Source: Candidatus Latescibacterota bacterium (GTDB lineage Bacteria > Latescibacterota > UBA2968 > UBA8231). Taken from it: a stretch of DNA of 64,000 nucleotides. The stretch spans positions 1,792,001 to 1,856,000 of the forward strand of contig CBDCSU010000006.1 of NCBI GenBank assembly GCA_965221775.1, in the 5' to 3' direction. This document shows positions 39,350 through 48,701 of this stretch, one piece after another (within the stretch, counting starts at the first letter, position 1; each line of letters opens with the position of its first letter). Both the position numbers and the translations under genes were made by a program. The notes under the pieces were generated by a model that did no database searches, was not told the origin of the DNA, and worked only from the letters and a program-made list of their open reading frames with translations.

Positions 39350-40501
39350 GTGAAAGCGGTCGCTCGGTCGGGGATGTCCCAGGCAGCCGTCAAGGCCTTC
39401 GAACCGCCGACCCTGCCCCCTCCCGGACTGCGGCTCGACGGAGCCACCCACCGCGCCCTGTCCGAAGCCGACCGGGCCCTCGGCTTTTTGTACGGCCAGA
39501 TCGCGGCTCGTGAGACGGCCGGCGATCTGATCGGCATGGCCAGCCGGCGCGAGGCGGTCGCCTCCTGCCGGCTGGACGGCAGCCGGATCACGCTTCGAGA
39601 CCTGCTCTGGTGGGAGATGGACGGGGGCAAGGCCGATCGGCTCGGTGTCCCCGGAGGGGAAGCCCGGATCTGCGCGAACTACGCGAAGGCACTTGGGAGC
39701 ATGCTCCCTGAGTCCAGCCCGGGGCAGGACGAGGCCGTGAGTCAGAAGGGCCTCTGCTCCCTGCACAAGGCCCTCTTCGCCCGGCTCCGTGGCCGCGATG
39801 ACCGACCCGGCGAGTTCCGAAAAACCCTCATCTGGCTGGGCCCGGCAGGGAGCACCGCGGCGACGGCCCACTTCGTGCCTCCGCTGCCGCAGCGAATTCC
39901 GGAGCACATGGATCGGCTCAAGGCCTTTTGGAAGGGGGACGTGCCACTGCCGCCACTGGCCAGGATTGCGCTGGTCTTTCTGCAGCTGGAGTCCCTTCAC
40001 CCTTTTGTCGACGGCAGCGGCCGGGTCAGCCGCCTGTGCCTGTTGCGGATGCTGCAGAGCACCCACGGACCCTGGCCGCCGCTGCTCACTCCTTCGGAGG
40101 GGATGGCCGCCGACATCGGCGAGCACTTCCGACAGCAGCAGCGGGCGCGGATTCAGGGGGACTGGGAGGGCTGGGTCCGCTACTTTGCGCGGCGGCTGGA
40201 AGAGGCGGCCGAAGCGGCCGTGGGCCGCCTGGAGCGGATGGACGCGGAACTCCGGGAGCACGAGGAGCGTATCGGCCAGCACATGGCCGGACTGAGGCAG
40301 ACGGCGGGGGCGCTTCTGAGGGAGCTGGTCTCCAAGCCTCTCATCACGGTGTCCGACGTGGCCCGCATCTGCGACCGAACGTTTGCCAACGCCAATCTTC
40401 TGGTCGGCCGGCTGGAGGAGCTTGGTCTCCTGAAGGAAATCACGGGCCGCCGGCGGAACCGGCGGTTTCTATATACCCCCTACGGGGAGGAGGGGCTATA
40501 G
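39350..40501 (+). CDS. Fic-domain protein with C-terminal HTH (degenerate motifs)
   Basis: REAVASCRLDG, PGEFRK, HPFVDGSGRVSR, C-terminal LEELGLLKEITGRRRNRRF; TATAAT upstream at 39289. Confidence 0.85.
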   Translation: MKAVARSGMSQAAVKAFEPPTLPPPGLRLDGATHRALSEADRALGFLYGQIAARETAGDLIGMASRREAVASCRLDGSRITLRDLLWWEMDGGKADRLGVPGGEARICANYAKALGSMLPESSPGQDEAVSQKGLCSLHKALFARLRGRDDRPGEFRKTLIWLGPAGSTAATAHFVPPLPQRIPEHMDRLKAFWKGDVPLPPLARIALVFLQLESLHPFVDGSGRVSRLCLLRMLQSTHGPWPPLLTPSEGMAADIGEHFRQQQRARIQGDWEGWVRYFARRLEEAAEAAVGRLERMDAELREHEERIGQHMAGLRQTAGALLRELVSKPLITVSDVARICDRTFANANLLVGRLEELGLLKEITGRRRNRRFLYTPYGEEGL

Positions 40502-40836
40502 CGGTTTTATTGTCGTTCCACCGAACCATTCAATAAATAGACAGAGGGCGGTTCTCAAGGGCTCTTGGAGGCTTGCGGGAGGCCCCTGCTCTCGATCCCG
40601 GCGCGCAGCCGGGGAGGGCTGACCAGCCAGCTGCGGGGGGCGGCGGCAACGGGTTCTGGCGTGCCCGGGCGGGGGAGGCGAGAGCCCATGTGGATGGGTC
40701 TCGCCCGACGGGGCCCGGTCACCTGCGGCGGGGTGATTTTTCAGGTGGCCGAGCCTGTCAGAAAGCGTTACCTTCTCGGGTCACGCCCAATCTTCCTTCC
40801 CCCCCCACGGCACGCGGCCAAGGAGTGATTGCCCAA

Positions 40837-41688
40837 GTGAACTACGAAAGCTGGACGGACGAGGATGTCAGTCTGCAGACGTATTTCAATGAGATCGCAA
40901 GTTCACAGCCGCTGTCCCGGGAGAAAGAGGCCGAGCTGGCCGAGCGCATCGCCGCCGGCGACGAGCGAGCTCGCGAAGAGCTCGCCGAGGCCAATCTCCT
41001 GTTCGTCGTCACCGTAGCCAAGCAGTATCGCAACCGCGGGCTGTCCTTTTCGGAGTTGATCAGCGCCGGCAACCTCGGGCTGATGACCGCCGTGGACAGG
41101 TTCGACGCCACGCGGGGTTACAAGTTCATCTCCTATGCGGTGTGGTGGATCCGTCAGGCCATCCAGCAGGCGCTGGCCGAGGACAGCCGCACCGTACGCC
41201 TTCCACTCAATCGCCTCAATCTCCTTCGGAAGATCGCCCGCACCGCCCAGCAACTCGGCAACGCCAACGAGGGGGAGCCCCACGACGAGGAGATCGCCGC
41301 GGCTCTGGAGTTGTCCATCACGGAGGTGCGGGACACCATGTTGAGTGGGCGGCGCGCCGTTTCACTCGACCGTGCCGTCTTCGATGAGGACGAGGACACG
41401 ACTCTGCTGAAGCGGCTGGCCGACCCGGCCCAGGAGCAGCCGGACGAGTGCATCACCCGGTCTTCCAGCCAGCAGCAGTTGGAGAAGGTCCTGGAGGGTC
41501 TCGACGAGCGCGAGCACGAGATCATCCAGCTCTACTTCGGCCTCGACGGCTCAGAGCCGATGACCCTCGAGCAGATCGGTGACCGCATGGGACTCACTCG
41601 GGAGCGTATCCGCCAACTCAAGGAGCGGGCCTTCTGCAAGCTGCGGCACCCGTCGCGCCACGAGGAGCTGCGGTCCCTCGAGGACTGA
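40837..41688 (+). CDS. Sigma-70 family RNA polymerase sigma factor (RpoD/RpoS-like, no region 1.1)
   Basis: ANLLFVVTVAKQY, GNLGLMTAVDRFD..RGYKFISYAVWWIRQAI, TLEQIG..MGLTRERIRQ; AAGGAG RBS before GTG 40837. Confidence 0.92.
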   Translation: MNYESWTDEDVSLQTYFNEIASSQPLSREKEAELAERIAAGDERAREELAEANLLFVVTVAKQYRNRGLSFSELISAGNLGLMTAVDRFDATRGYKFISYAVWWIRQAIQQALAEDSRTVRLPLNRLNLLRKIARTAQQLGNANEGEPHDEEIAAALELSITEVRDTMLSGRRAVSLDRAVFDEDEDTTLLKRLADPAQEQPDECITRSSSQQQLEKVLEGLDEREHEIIQLYFGLDGSEPMTLEQIGDRMGLTRERIRQLKERAFCKLRHPSRHEELRSLED

Positions 41689-41706
41689 ACCAGCACTCGC
41701 CGAAAG

Positions 41707-41745
41707 GCAAAGGCGGCCTCCGCTCCGGGCGGGGGCCGCCTTTGC
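41707..41745. terminator. Bidirectional intrinsic terminator
   Basis: GCAAAGGCGGCCTCCGC-TCCGG-GCGGGGGCCGCCTTTGC 17-bp stem between convergent genes. Confidence 0.75.
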
Positions 41746-41775
41746 ATGTACGGACGGACGGATGCGCTGGCCGGT

Positions 41776-42843
41776 TCAGACGTGAAAGACGTAGAGACCG
41801 CGGTCGACGCCGGGAAGTTCGACCCAGGCCCCGCCTCGCCGATGGGACTCGGCCACCGCCAGGCAGGCCTCCGTGATGTGATGGGTCACGTCGATGTGGC
41901 CGCGAGTCGGCCTTCCTTCCTCGTGGGCGTCGAGGAGGTCCTCCAGGCAGGAGACCACCGTGCTCCTCGGTTCCACGGCCGGGAGCCCGGCCTCGGTCCA
42001 GTTGCGTCCTTCGCCGAGGCGCAGGCTGGCGCCGGCGCCGTTGCCCAGGGACCGCACGGTCCCTTCGGACCCGATGACCTCGAACTCCCAGGGGGCGGCC
42101 GGGACCGACCACGCCTGCACGCCGCCGCCGAAACGCAGTTGGTAGGTGGCGGTTGGATCGAAGGGCACGTGGCCATCCTCGATGACGTAGTCCGGGGGCT
42201 CGAACTCCCCGCGCACGTGGGTGATCGCCGGGTCCCCGATCAGCCAGGAGACGGTGTCGATGGAATGGATATGTCCGTGCAGGAGGTTCGAGGAAGCGTA
42301 GTGGACGACGACTCTGGGCTCGCCGATGCGGCCCCCGAGCACGGCGTCTCGCACCACGTCGTAGCGGTTGTCGAAGCGTCGCAGCACGCCGGTATTGAAG
42401 ACCGTGCCGTTGCGCTTCACAGCGTCGCGGATCTCGTCGGCCCTCTGCATGGAGCAGGCCATGGCCTTCTCGACGTAAAGCATGGGCACGCCGAGGTCGG
42501 CCAGGCCCACCGTCAGGTTGGCATGCGAGTCGCCCCGGAAAGAAGTATCGGGGCTCTCCCGGCCCGGTTTCTGCAGTCCCGTGGCGGTGGTGCACACCGC
42601 AACCAGATCGGGACGCTCCTGCGCGACCATGTCCTGGTAATCCTCGTACACGGCCGCGACGCCCCAGCGCCTGGTGAAGTCCGCCCGTCTCTCGGCAAGC
42701 AGGTCGCAACCGGCGGCCAGCTCCAACCGGTCGCTGGCGCGCGCGGAGGCGGCGATGGAGTAGGGCAGGGACGAATGGCCTTCGTCGTCGATGGTGGAAC
42801 CCATTCGGCCCAGGCCGATGACGCCGACTCGGTAGGTTGTCAT
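41776..42843 (-). CDS. Gfo/Idh/MocA family oxidoreductase
   Basis: VGVIGLGRMG, PDLVAVCT, YVEKAMA, HSID. Confidence 0.85.
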   Translation of the reverse strand: MTTYRVGVIGLGRMGSTIDDEGHSSLPYSIAASARASDRLELAAGCDLLAERRADFTRRWGVAAVYEDYQDMVAQERPDLVAVCTTATGLQKPGRESPDTSFRGDSHANLTVGLADLGVPMLYVEKAMACSMQRADEIRDAVKRNGTVFNTGVLRRFDNRYDVVRDAVLGGRIGEPRVVVHYASSNLLHGHIHSIDTVSWLIGDPAITHVRGEFEPPDYVIEDGHVPFDPTATYQLRFGGGVQAWSVPAAPWEFEVIGSEGTVRSLGNGAGASLRLGEGRNWTEAGLPAVEPRSTVVSCLEDLLDAHEEGRPTRGHIDVTHHITEACLAVAESHRRGGAWVELPGVDRGLYVFHV

Positions 42844-42965
42844 GGTCTGTCTCCGGATGATGAGCGGGGACCAAGTATAGAGGCCCGCCACCCTGGTGCC
42901 ACCCCCGGCGGGGTGGAAGGAGTGCGATTGTCGCGCTCTCGAGGAGAGGCCAGATTCTTGGCGCC

Positions 42966-43925
42966 ATGGCCGACCACGACTCAGGAGAATTCGTCCGTTC
43001 CGAAGACGCCTTCCGCGGCCGGGTGACGGCCGACGGCTCTTCGGGCTTCCCGGCCGAGGCCGGCCGCTACCACCTCTACGTCTCCTGGGCCTGCCCCTGG
43101 GCCCACCGAACCATCATCGTGCGCCAGCTCAAGGGCCTCGACGCCGTCATCGGCATGACCGCCGTCGACCCCATGCGGGACGACCGCGGCTGGGCCTTCC
43201 GCGATGGCGATGGCCACGGCGCCGATCCCGCCAACGGTTTCGCGTTCCTCCGCCAGGCTTACACGGCCACGGATCCGGGATACAGCGGACGGGTCACGGT
43301 GCCCGTCCTCTGGGACACCGAGAGCGAGTGCATCGTCAGCAACGCGGACGACGACCTGATGCGGATGCTGACCCGGGAGTTCGACGCCTTCACCGACCGG
43401 GATCTCGACCTCTACCCCGAGGACCTGCGCGAGGAGATCGACGAGGTCAACGAGGTCGTCTACGCCGACGTGAACGACGGCGTGTACCGGTGCGGCTTCG
43501 CGCGCTCCCAGAGCGTCTACGACCGGCGGGTGCGCAGGCTGTTTGCGGCACTGGACGGGCTCGAAGAGCGGCTTGCCGCGCAGCGGTACCTGGTGGGCGG
43601 GAGGATCACCGAGGCCGACTGGCGGCTCTTCGTCACCCTTGTGCGCTTCGACGCCGTCTACCACGGACACTTCAAGTGCAACCTGCGCCGGGTCGTCGAC
43701 TACCCGAATCTCTCGGGCTATCTTCGGGACCTCTACCAGCAACCGGGGATCGCCGAAACCGTGAACTTCGACCACATCAAGCGTCACTACTACGGCACGC
43801 ACGAGGACCTGAATCCCGGCGGGATCGTCCCCGTCGGGCCGGATCAGGACCTGACCGCCCCTCACCATCGGGACTCCCTGGGGCCCCGGGACCTCGCACC
43901 CACCGCCGGGGATCTCGACCGATGA
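42966..43925 (+). CDS. Glutathionyl-hydroquinone reductase (YqjG/ECM4-like GST)
   Basis: RYHLYVSWACPWAHR, VTVPVLWD, GVYRCGFA, TLVRFDAVY..HFKCN, HIKRHYY. Confidence 0.92.
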   Translation: MADHDSGEFVRSEDAFRGRVTADGSSGFPAEAGRYHLYVSWACPWAHRTIIVRQLKGLDAVIGMTAVDPMRDDRGWAFRDGDGHGADPANGFAFLRQAYTATDPGYSGRVTVPVLWDTESECIVSNADDDLMRMLTREFDAFTDRDLDLYPEDLREEIDEVNEVVYADVNDGVYRCGFARSQSVYDRRVRRLFAALDGLEERLAAQRYLVGGRITEADWRLFVTLVRFDAVYHGHFKCNLRRVVDYPNLSGYLRDLYQQPGIAETVNFDHIKRHYYGTHEDLNPGGIVPVGPDQDLTAPHHRDSLGPRDLAPTAGDLDR

Positions 43926-44485
43926 CCGTCCTTGGCGCGGCGACCCTGGGGGGAGGCTGCTTCTGGTGCCTCGAGGCGGTCTACGAGCAGATGCGGGGAG
44001 TTGTCTCCGTCGAATCCGGGTACAGCGGCGGACGGACCGCCGACCCGAGCTACGAGAGCGTCTGCTCAGGCACCACGGGGCACGCCGAGGTGGTGCAGGT
44101 GCGCTTCGATCCCGCCGTGGCGAGCTATCCGCAGGTGCTCGAGGTGTTCTTCGGCATCCACGACCCAACGACGAAGGACCGCCAGGGGAACGACATCGGC
44201 ACCCAGTACCGTTCCATCATCTTCGCCCACGACGAGGACCAGGCGGCCACGGCGAGAATGCACATCGCGGATCTGGAGACGGAGGGGGTGTTCCCCGACC
44301 CCATCGTCACCGAGGTGCAGCTACTGGAGCGGTTCTGGCCGGCCGAGGACTACCATCGCCAGTACTACCGGCGCAACCCGGCCCAGCCCTACTGCATGAT
44401 GGTGGTGGGTCCCAAGGTGGCGAAGTACCGTGAACGCTTCGGCCGGTTGCTGAGGGATCCCGGAGAGCTCTCTCCGGGCGGCTGA
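43922..44485 (+). CDS. msrA: Peptide methionine sulfoxide reductase A
   Basis: GGGCFWCLE, GYSGG, GHAEVV, QGNDIGTQYRS, AEDYHRQYY, YC. Confidence 0.95.
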   Translation: MTVLGAATLGGGCFWCLEAVYEQMRGVVSVESGYSGGRTADPSYESVCSGTTGHAEVVQVRFDPAVASYPQVLEVFFGIHDPTTKDRQGNDIGTQYRSIIFAHDEDQAATARMHIADLETEGVFPDPIVTEVQLLERFWPAEDYHRQYYRRNPAQPYCMMVVGPKVAKYRERFGRLLRDPGELSPGG

Positions 44486-44511
44486 GGCAATCCAGGCCCG
44501 GCCGGCGGCGG

Positions 44512-45891
44512 TCAGCTCACCTCGCCTCTGAGGAAGCTCACGAAGGCCGCCATGAAGAAGGCCACGGCGAACAACGCCAGCAGCAGCACGTCGACGAAGC
44601 GGGCATCGAGCCGCTCCCCGAGGCCGTCGGTGCGGTACCGGAAGCCCGGCAGGCCGTCGATGTCGTACTCCTCTCCGCTGTCCGCGGCTGCCTCCGTCTG
44701 CTCGGCGACATAGCTGGCGAACTGCCGCTGGTACTGGCGCAGGGAGCCGATCAGGCGCTCCTCGTGGCGCACACCGGTGGCGCCGAGATCGGTGTTGGCG
44801 AAGACGAAGCAGGCCACCGGCGAGATGCGCGTGAGCACGCGGGCCATGTCGGTCTGACGGCGCAGGCGGGTCTCGAAGTCGGAGATGACCTCGGCGGAGA
44901 CCTTGTTGACATCCTGCTGCAGCTGGTCGCGCTGTTCCCGCCTCTGTCGGAAGAACTCGGAGCGTTGGGCAGCCGTCATGTTGCGGAAGGAGCGCCCGCC
45001 GCGCCGCCACTGGCTGCGGTAGTCGGCGGCCAGCGCCTCGGTGCGCAGGCCGATCTCGCGCTCCACCGAGCCCATGTCCGGCACGGGGACGGCCAGCTCG
45101 GCCAGGTAGGGCCCGAGGTTGGGAACCACCAGGGCCAGCAGCACCCACAGCGCCACCAGGCTGAGGATGGCCGTGGATGACGAACGGGCCCGGACCGAGA
45201 CCAGCAGGCCGATGGAGAACATGACCGCCAGCAACAGCAGGGAGACGATGCCGGTCACGGCGAAGGCCTCCCAGTCGGTGGCGGTGAATGGCACCTCCTC
45301 CGAGATCGAGATCAGCAGCGCCCCGATGAGCAGCGCTGCCAGGAAGGGCAGGGCGAGGCTGCAGTAGCCGCCCAGCCACTTGGCCAGGATGACGAGATCC
45401 CTCGGCACCGGGTAGGACATGACCAGCTTCAGGGTGCCCGACTCGCGTTCGCCGGCGACGGTGTCGTAGGAGACGAAAAAGGCGAGCAGGCTCAGGACCA
45501 CGGCCACAACGAAGAGCATGTCGGCCACGGGAAAAAGCAGCACCGCGGGGTTGGCGTTCAGGTCGCCCTGGAAGCCGGGGAGGTAGTCCTCCGAAACCAC
45601 GGCGGTGCGGTCCAGGGTTTTCTCGACCCCGTAGAACAGGACCTGGAAGGACTGAGGAGGCCGGTCGACGCGCACGCCCCGGCGCTGCAGGTCGCGGTAG
45701 GATCCGTACTCGTCCGCCTGGTCCCGGTAGAGGGCCTGGTTGCGGCTGAACTCGGTGCGCCGCGCCTCCAGGTCGGCCCGCAGGACGACGACGCTGATGA
45801 GGCCCAGCAGAACGCACAGGGCCGCGCAGACGAGAAACCGCAGCTCCAGCAGGCTGGTGAGCCACTCCTTGGCGATCAGGGCGCGCAGCAT
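44512..45891 (-). CDS. ABC-2 type exporter permease with large soluble domain
   Basis: LIAKE, YDTVAGERESGTLKL, AKWLGG, RISP; multiple TM segments. Confidence 0.82.
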   Translation of the reverse strand: MLRALIAKEWLTSLLELRFLVCAALCVLLGLISVVVLRADLEARRTEFSRNQALYRDQADEYGSYRDLQRRGVRVDRPPQSFQVLFYGVEKTLDRTAVVSEDYLPGFQGDLNANPAVLLFPVADMLFVVAVVLSLLAFFVSYDTVAGERESGTLKLVMSYPVPRDLVILAKWLGGYCSLALPFLAALLIGALLISISEEVPFTATDWEAFAVTGIVSLLLLAVMFSIGLLVSVRARSSSTAILSLVALWVLLALVVPNLGPYLAELAVPVPDMGSVEREIGLRTEALAADYRSQWRRGGRSFRNMTAAQRSEFFRQRREQRDQLQQDVNKVSAEVISDFETRLRRQTDMARVLTRISPVACFVFANTDLGATGVRHEERLIGSLRQYQRQFASYVAEQTEAAADSGEEYDIDGLPGFRYRTDGLGERLDARFVDVLLLALFAVAFFMAAFVSFLRGEVS

Positions 45892-45900
45892 GGCCTGTCC

Positions 45901-47283
45901 TCAGTCCACGAGATCGAACCGCAGGAAACCGACATAGGCGGCCAGGAAGAACAGGCCGTTCAGGACGATCAGCACCAGCAGGTCGACATAGGTGCTGGTC
46001 AGCACCTCCGCCAGCGGCCGGCGGGGAGGCGCGAAGGTGGGAAGGTCGTCCGGATCGATGGGGGCCTCCATGATCTCGCTCCGCTCCTCGGAGTCCTGAA
46101 CCCCCTCGGCCAGCAGACGCCGCTCGCGCTCGATGGCGGCCAGGGCCTCGAAGTGCTGGTCTCCGTAGCGGTCGATGAAGGTCCGCAGGCCGGAGTAGTC
46201 CTCGAGCCCCGCTCCGGCCAGCGACGCGGTGGCGTACACGTAGCTGGAGGAGGGCGAGATCCGGGCCAGGGAGACGCCGGCCGCCACTTGCTTTTCCAAG
46301 CGGCGGGCATAGTCGTCCAGCAGCCGGCGGGTCTTCTCGTCGGCCTCCGCTTCCGCCTGCTGGCGCAGCTGGTCTCGCTCCTCCCGGCTCATGCCGCGCC
46401 AGTTCCGGCCGCGGAACTGCGACCACGCGGCGCGCCGGATCGCCTCGCGCTCCCCTGCGATGGAACCCGGCGAGGGTATCGGGACCGCTGCCCTTGCGAC
46501 GATGGGCGCCACGTTGGGGACTGCGAGAACGAGCAGCACCCAGATGAGGAATCCGGTGACGAGGGAGGTGGAGGAGCGCCGGGTGTACACGGAAATGCCG
46601 AGGGCCAGGGTGAAGAACAGGGACAGGTAGAGGGCCGCCACCGCGAGCATGCCGGCAAAGGCGGACCGCTCCCCGGCGCCGAGGTCGAAGGAGGTGAGCA
46701 GGTTCGCGAGGAGCAGCCCGAGGAGAACGGCAGCCAGCAACGGCGCCATCAGGGCGAGGTAGCCCCCCAGCCACTTCGACAGCAGCACCGTGTGCCGGGG
46801 CACGGCGTTGGCCATGACCAGCCGAAGGGTCCCGTCCTCGTGCTCGCCGGAGATGGCGTTGAAGGCGAAGAGCATGGCCAGCAGCGAGCCGACGATGTTG
46901 ACGATGTAGAGCAGGTCCGGCGGCGGGAAGAGTGTGTACAGGGCGCTGGCGTACTTGCTGCGGCCGAGCTCGGGCTCGCCCCGGGAGATTTTGACCGAGC
47001 GCGACAGCTCGCGCTCGAGGCCGACGGTGAACACGGAGAGAGGGTTCGGCGGCTTCTCGTGCTGGGTCCCCCGCCACCTGAGGGTGCGGAAGTCCACGGA
47101 CTCCTCCAGGCGCTGCTCCCGCGCCGCCTTGGCCTCGGAGAAGGCGGCGAGCCGACGATCGTAGTCAAGGCCGAGGACCAGCGTCGAGCCGATGACGAGG
47201 AAGGACAGCAGCACCGCCGTCAGGGCGAAGCGGTAGGTGAGCAGGTGGGAGTGCAGTTCGCGCAGGAGCAGGGTGATGAACAT
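45901..47283 (-). CDS. ABC-2 type exporter permease (paralogue of the neighbour)
   Basis: LLLREL, FNAISGEHEDGTLRL, SKWLGG, RISP. Confidence 0.82.
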   Translation of the reverse strand: MFITLLLRELHSHLLTYRFALTAVLLSFLVIGSTLVLGLDYDRRLAAFSEAKAAREQRLEESVDFRTLRWRGTQHEKPPNPLSVFTVGLERELSRSVKISRGEPELGRSKYASALYTLFPPPDLLYIVNIVGSLLAMLFAFNAISGEHEDGTLRLVMANAVPRHTVLLSKWLGGYLALMAPLLAAVLLGLLLANLLTSFDLGAGERSAFAGMLAVAALYLSLFFTLALGISVYTRRSSTSLVTGFLIWVLLVLAVPNVAPIVARAAVPIPSPGSIAGEREAIRRAAWSQFRGRNWRGMSREERDQLRQQAEAEADEKTRRLLDDYARRLEKQVAAGVSLARISPSSSYVYATASLAGAGLEDYSGLRTFIDRYGDQHFEALAAIERERRLLAEGVQDSEERSEIMEAPIDPDDLPTFAPPRRPLAEVLTSTYVDLLVLIVLNGLFFLAAYVGFLRFDLVD

Positions 47284-47575
47284 GCGATGGCCCGTTGTGG
47301 ACGGGGTCCGGTGGTCCAGAGGGAGTACCTGCCACCCGGTACCACTAAGGTACGACAGGCCGTACCTACAAGTGCTCCCAGGAATCAGTGGTTTTCGTGA
47401 CCCACGGCGGGAATCCCCGTCGCGGACCGATTCCAGCTCGTGCCCAAGGCCGGCCCTGGCTGGTCCCCAGCGTCCATGGCCCTATACTACCCCGACTCGG
47501 TGAGCGCAGGCGACCGGCCGGTGCCGTCGGAGGGGTGGTCCGCCGACCGCCATTGGATACCCGCGAGAGAAGAGC

Positions 47576-48685
47576 GTGAGAGTCGAGACCGTCCACACAT
47601 ACGACCTGCGCTACCCCGTGCAGCGGCCGTTCGCCAACTCCACGACCTGGAACCGGGCGCGGACCGCCGGGGTCGTCGAGGTGGTCACGGATGACGGCCT
47701 GACGGGATGGGGGGAGGGAACTCAGGTTCCCGGGGCCGGAGTCCTCGCCGACCGGGTGATCGGCAGGGATCCCTTCGACGCCGGCGTCATCGGCCGCGAT
47801 GTGGCGGCGGCCGGCGCCTCCATGGCCGAGGTCAGCGCCGTCGACATCGCCCTCTTCGACCTGATGGGCCAAGCCGTCGGACGGCCTTGCCACCAACTCC
47901 TCGGCGGGGCCGTGCGCGAGCGGGTGCCCGCCTACGCCAGCGGGCTGTTCCTGCTGTCGGACAGCGATCCCGTCCTGGGCATGGAGACCGAGGCGGCGGG
48001 GTACGCCGAGGCCGGGTTTCCCGCCGTCAAGATGAAGATCGGACATGGCCCCCGGAACGATGTGGCCAGGGTGGCGGCCGTGCGGCGGGCCATCGGCCCC
48101 GACGTGCTGCTGGCGGTGGACGCCAACTGCGCCTACGACCGGGCCACTGCGCTGGAGTCGATCCGGAGCATCGGGGAGCACGACATCTACTGGTACGAGG
48201 AGCCCGTGCCGCCCGCGGAAGTCCAGGCCTACCGTGAGATCCGGGCCGGATCCGGTTTGCGGATCGCGGGAGGAGAGGCCCTGGAGGGGCTCGACGCCTT
48301 CCGAGACCTGATCTCAAAGAGGGCCCTTGATATCGTTCAGCCGGATATTTCGATAGCAGGGGGATTCACGGTCTGCAAGCAGGTGGAGGCGCTGGCCAGT
48401 GCCCACGGTGTCCAGGTGCTTCCCCACATGTGGGGCACCTCGATTCGCCTGGCGGCCACCCTCCACTGGCAGGCCGCGATCCCGAATGCTCCCGGCCTGT
48501 TCCCGGAGCCGTGTCTCCTCGAGTTCGACATGACGGAGAACGCTCTGCGCACCGAGCTGAGCAGGGAGCCTTTCCAGCTGGAGGACGGCGCCGTCGCGGT
48601 CCCTTCCGGTCCGGGCCTGGGAATCGAGATCGACCGGGAGGTCCTGGAGCGGTACACGGTGACCACAAAGCGGGTCGGATCCTGA
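47576..48685 (+). CDS. Mandelate racemase/muconate lactonizing enzyme family protein
   Basis: GWGE, SAVDIALFDL.G, KMKIG, DANCAY, WYEEP, GGE, QPD, GPGLGIEID. Confidence 0.88.
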   Translation: MRVETVHTYDLRYPVQRPFANSTTWNRARTAGVVEVVTDDGLTGWGEGTQVPGAGVLADRVIGRDPFDAGVIGRDVAAAGASMAEVSAVDIALFDLMGQAVGRPCHQLLGGAVRERVPAYASGLFLLSDSDPVLGMETEAAGYAEAGFPAVKMKIGHGPRNDVARVAAVRRAIGPDVLLAVDANCAYDRATALESIRSIGEHDIYWYEEPVPPAEVQAYREIRAGSGLRIAGGEALEGLDAFRDLISKRALDIVQPDISIAGGFTVCKQVEALASAHGVQVLPHMWGTSIRLAATLHWQAAIPNAPGLFPEPCLLEFDMTENALRTELSREPFQLEDGAVAVPSGPGLGIEIDREVLERYTVTTKRVGS

Positions 48686-48701
48686 GGACCCGGGGGCCGG
48701 G

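Noticed and set aside
30581-40501. Helicase, nuclease, exonuclease and Fic genes as an anti-phage defence island
   Set aside because: Architecture and motifs match housekeeping AddAB, purM intervenes, and there are no mobility or composition signals.
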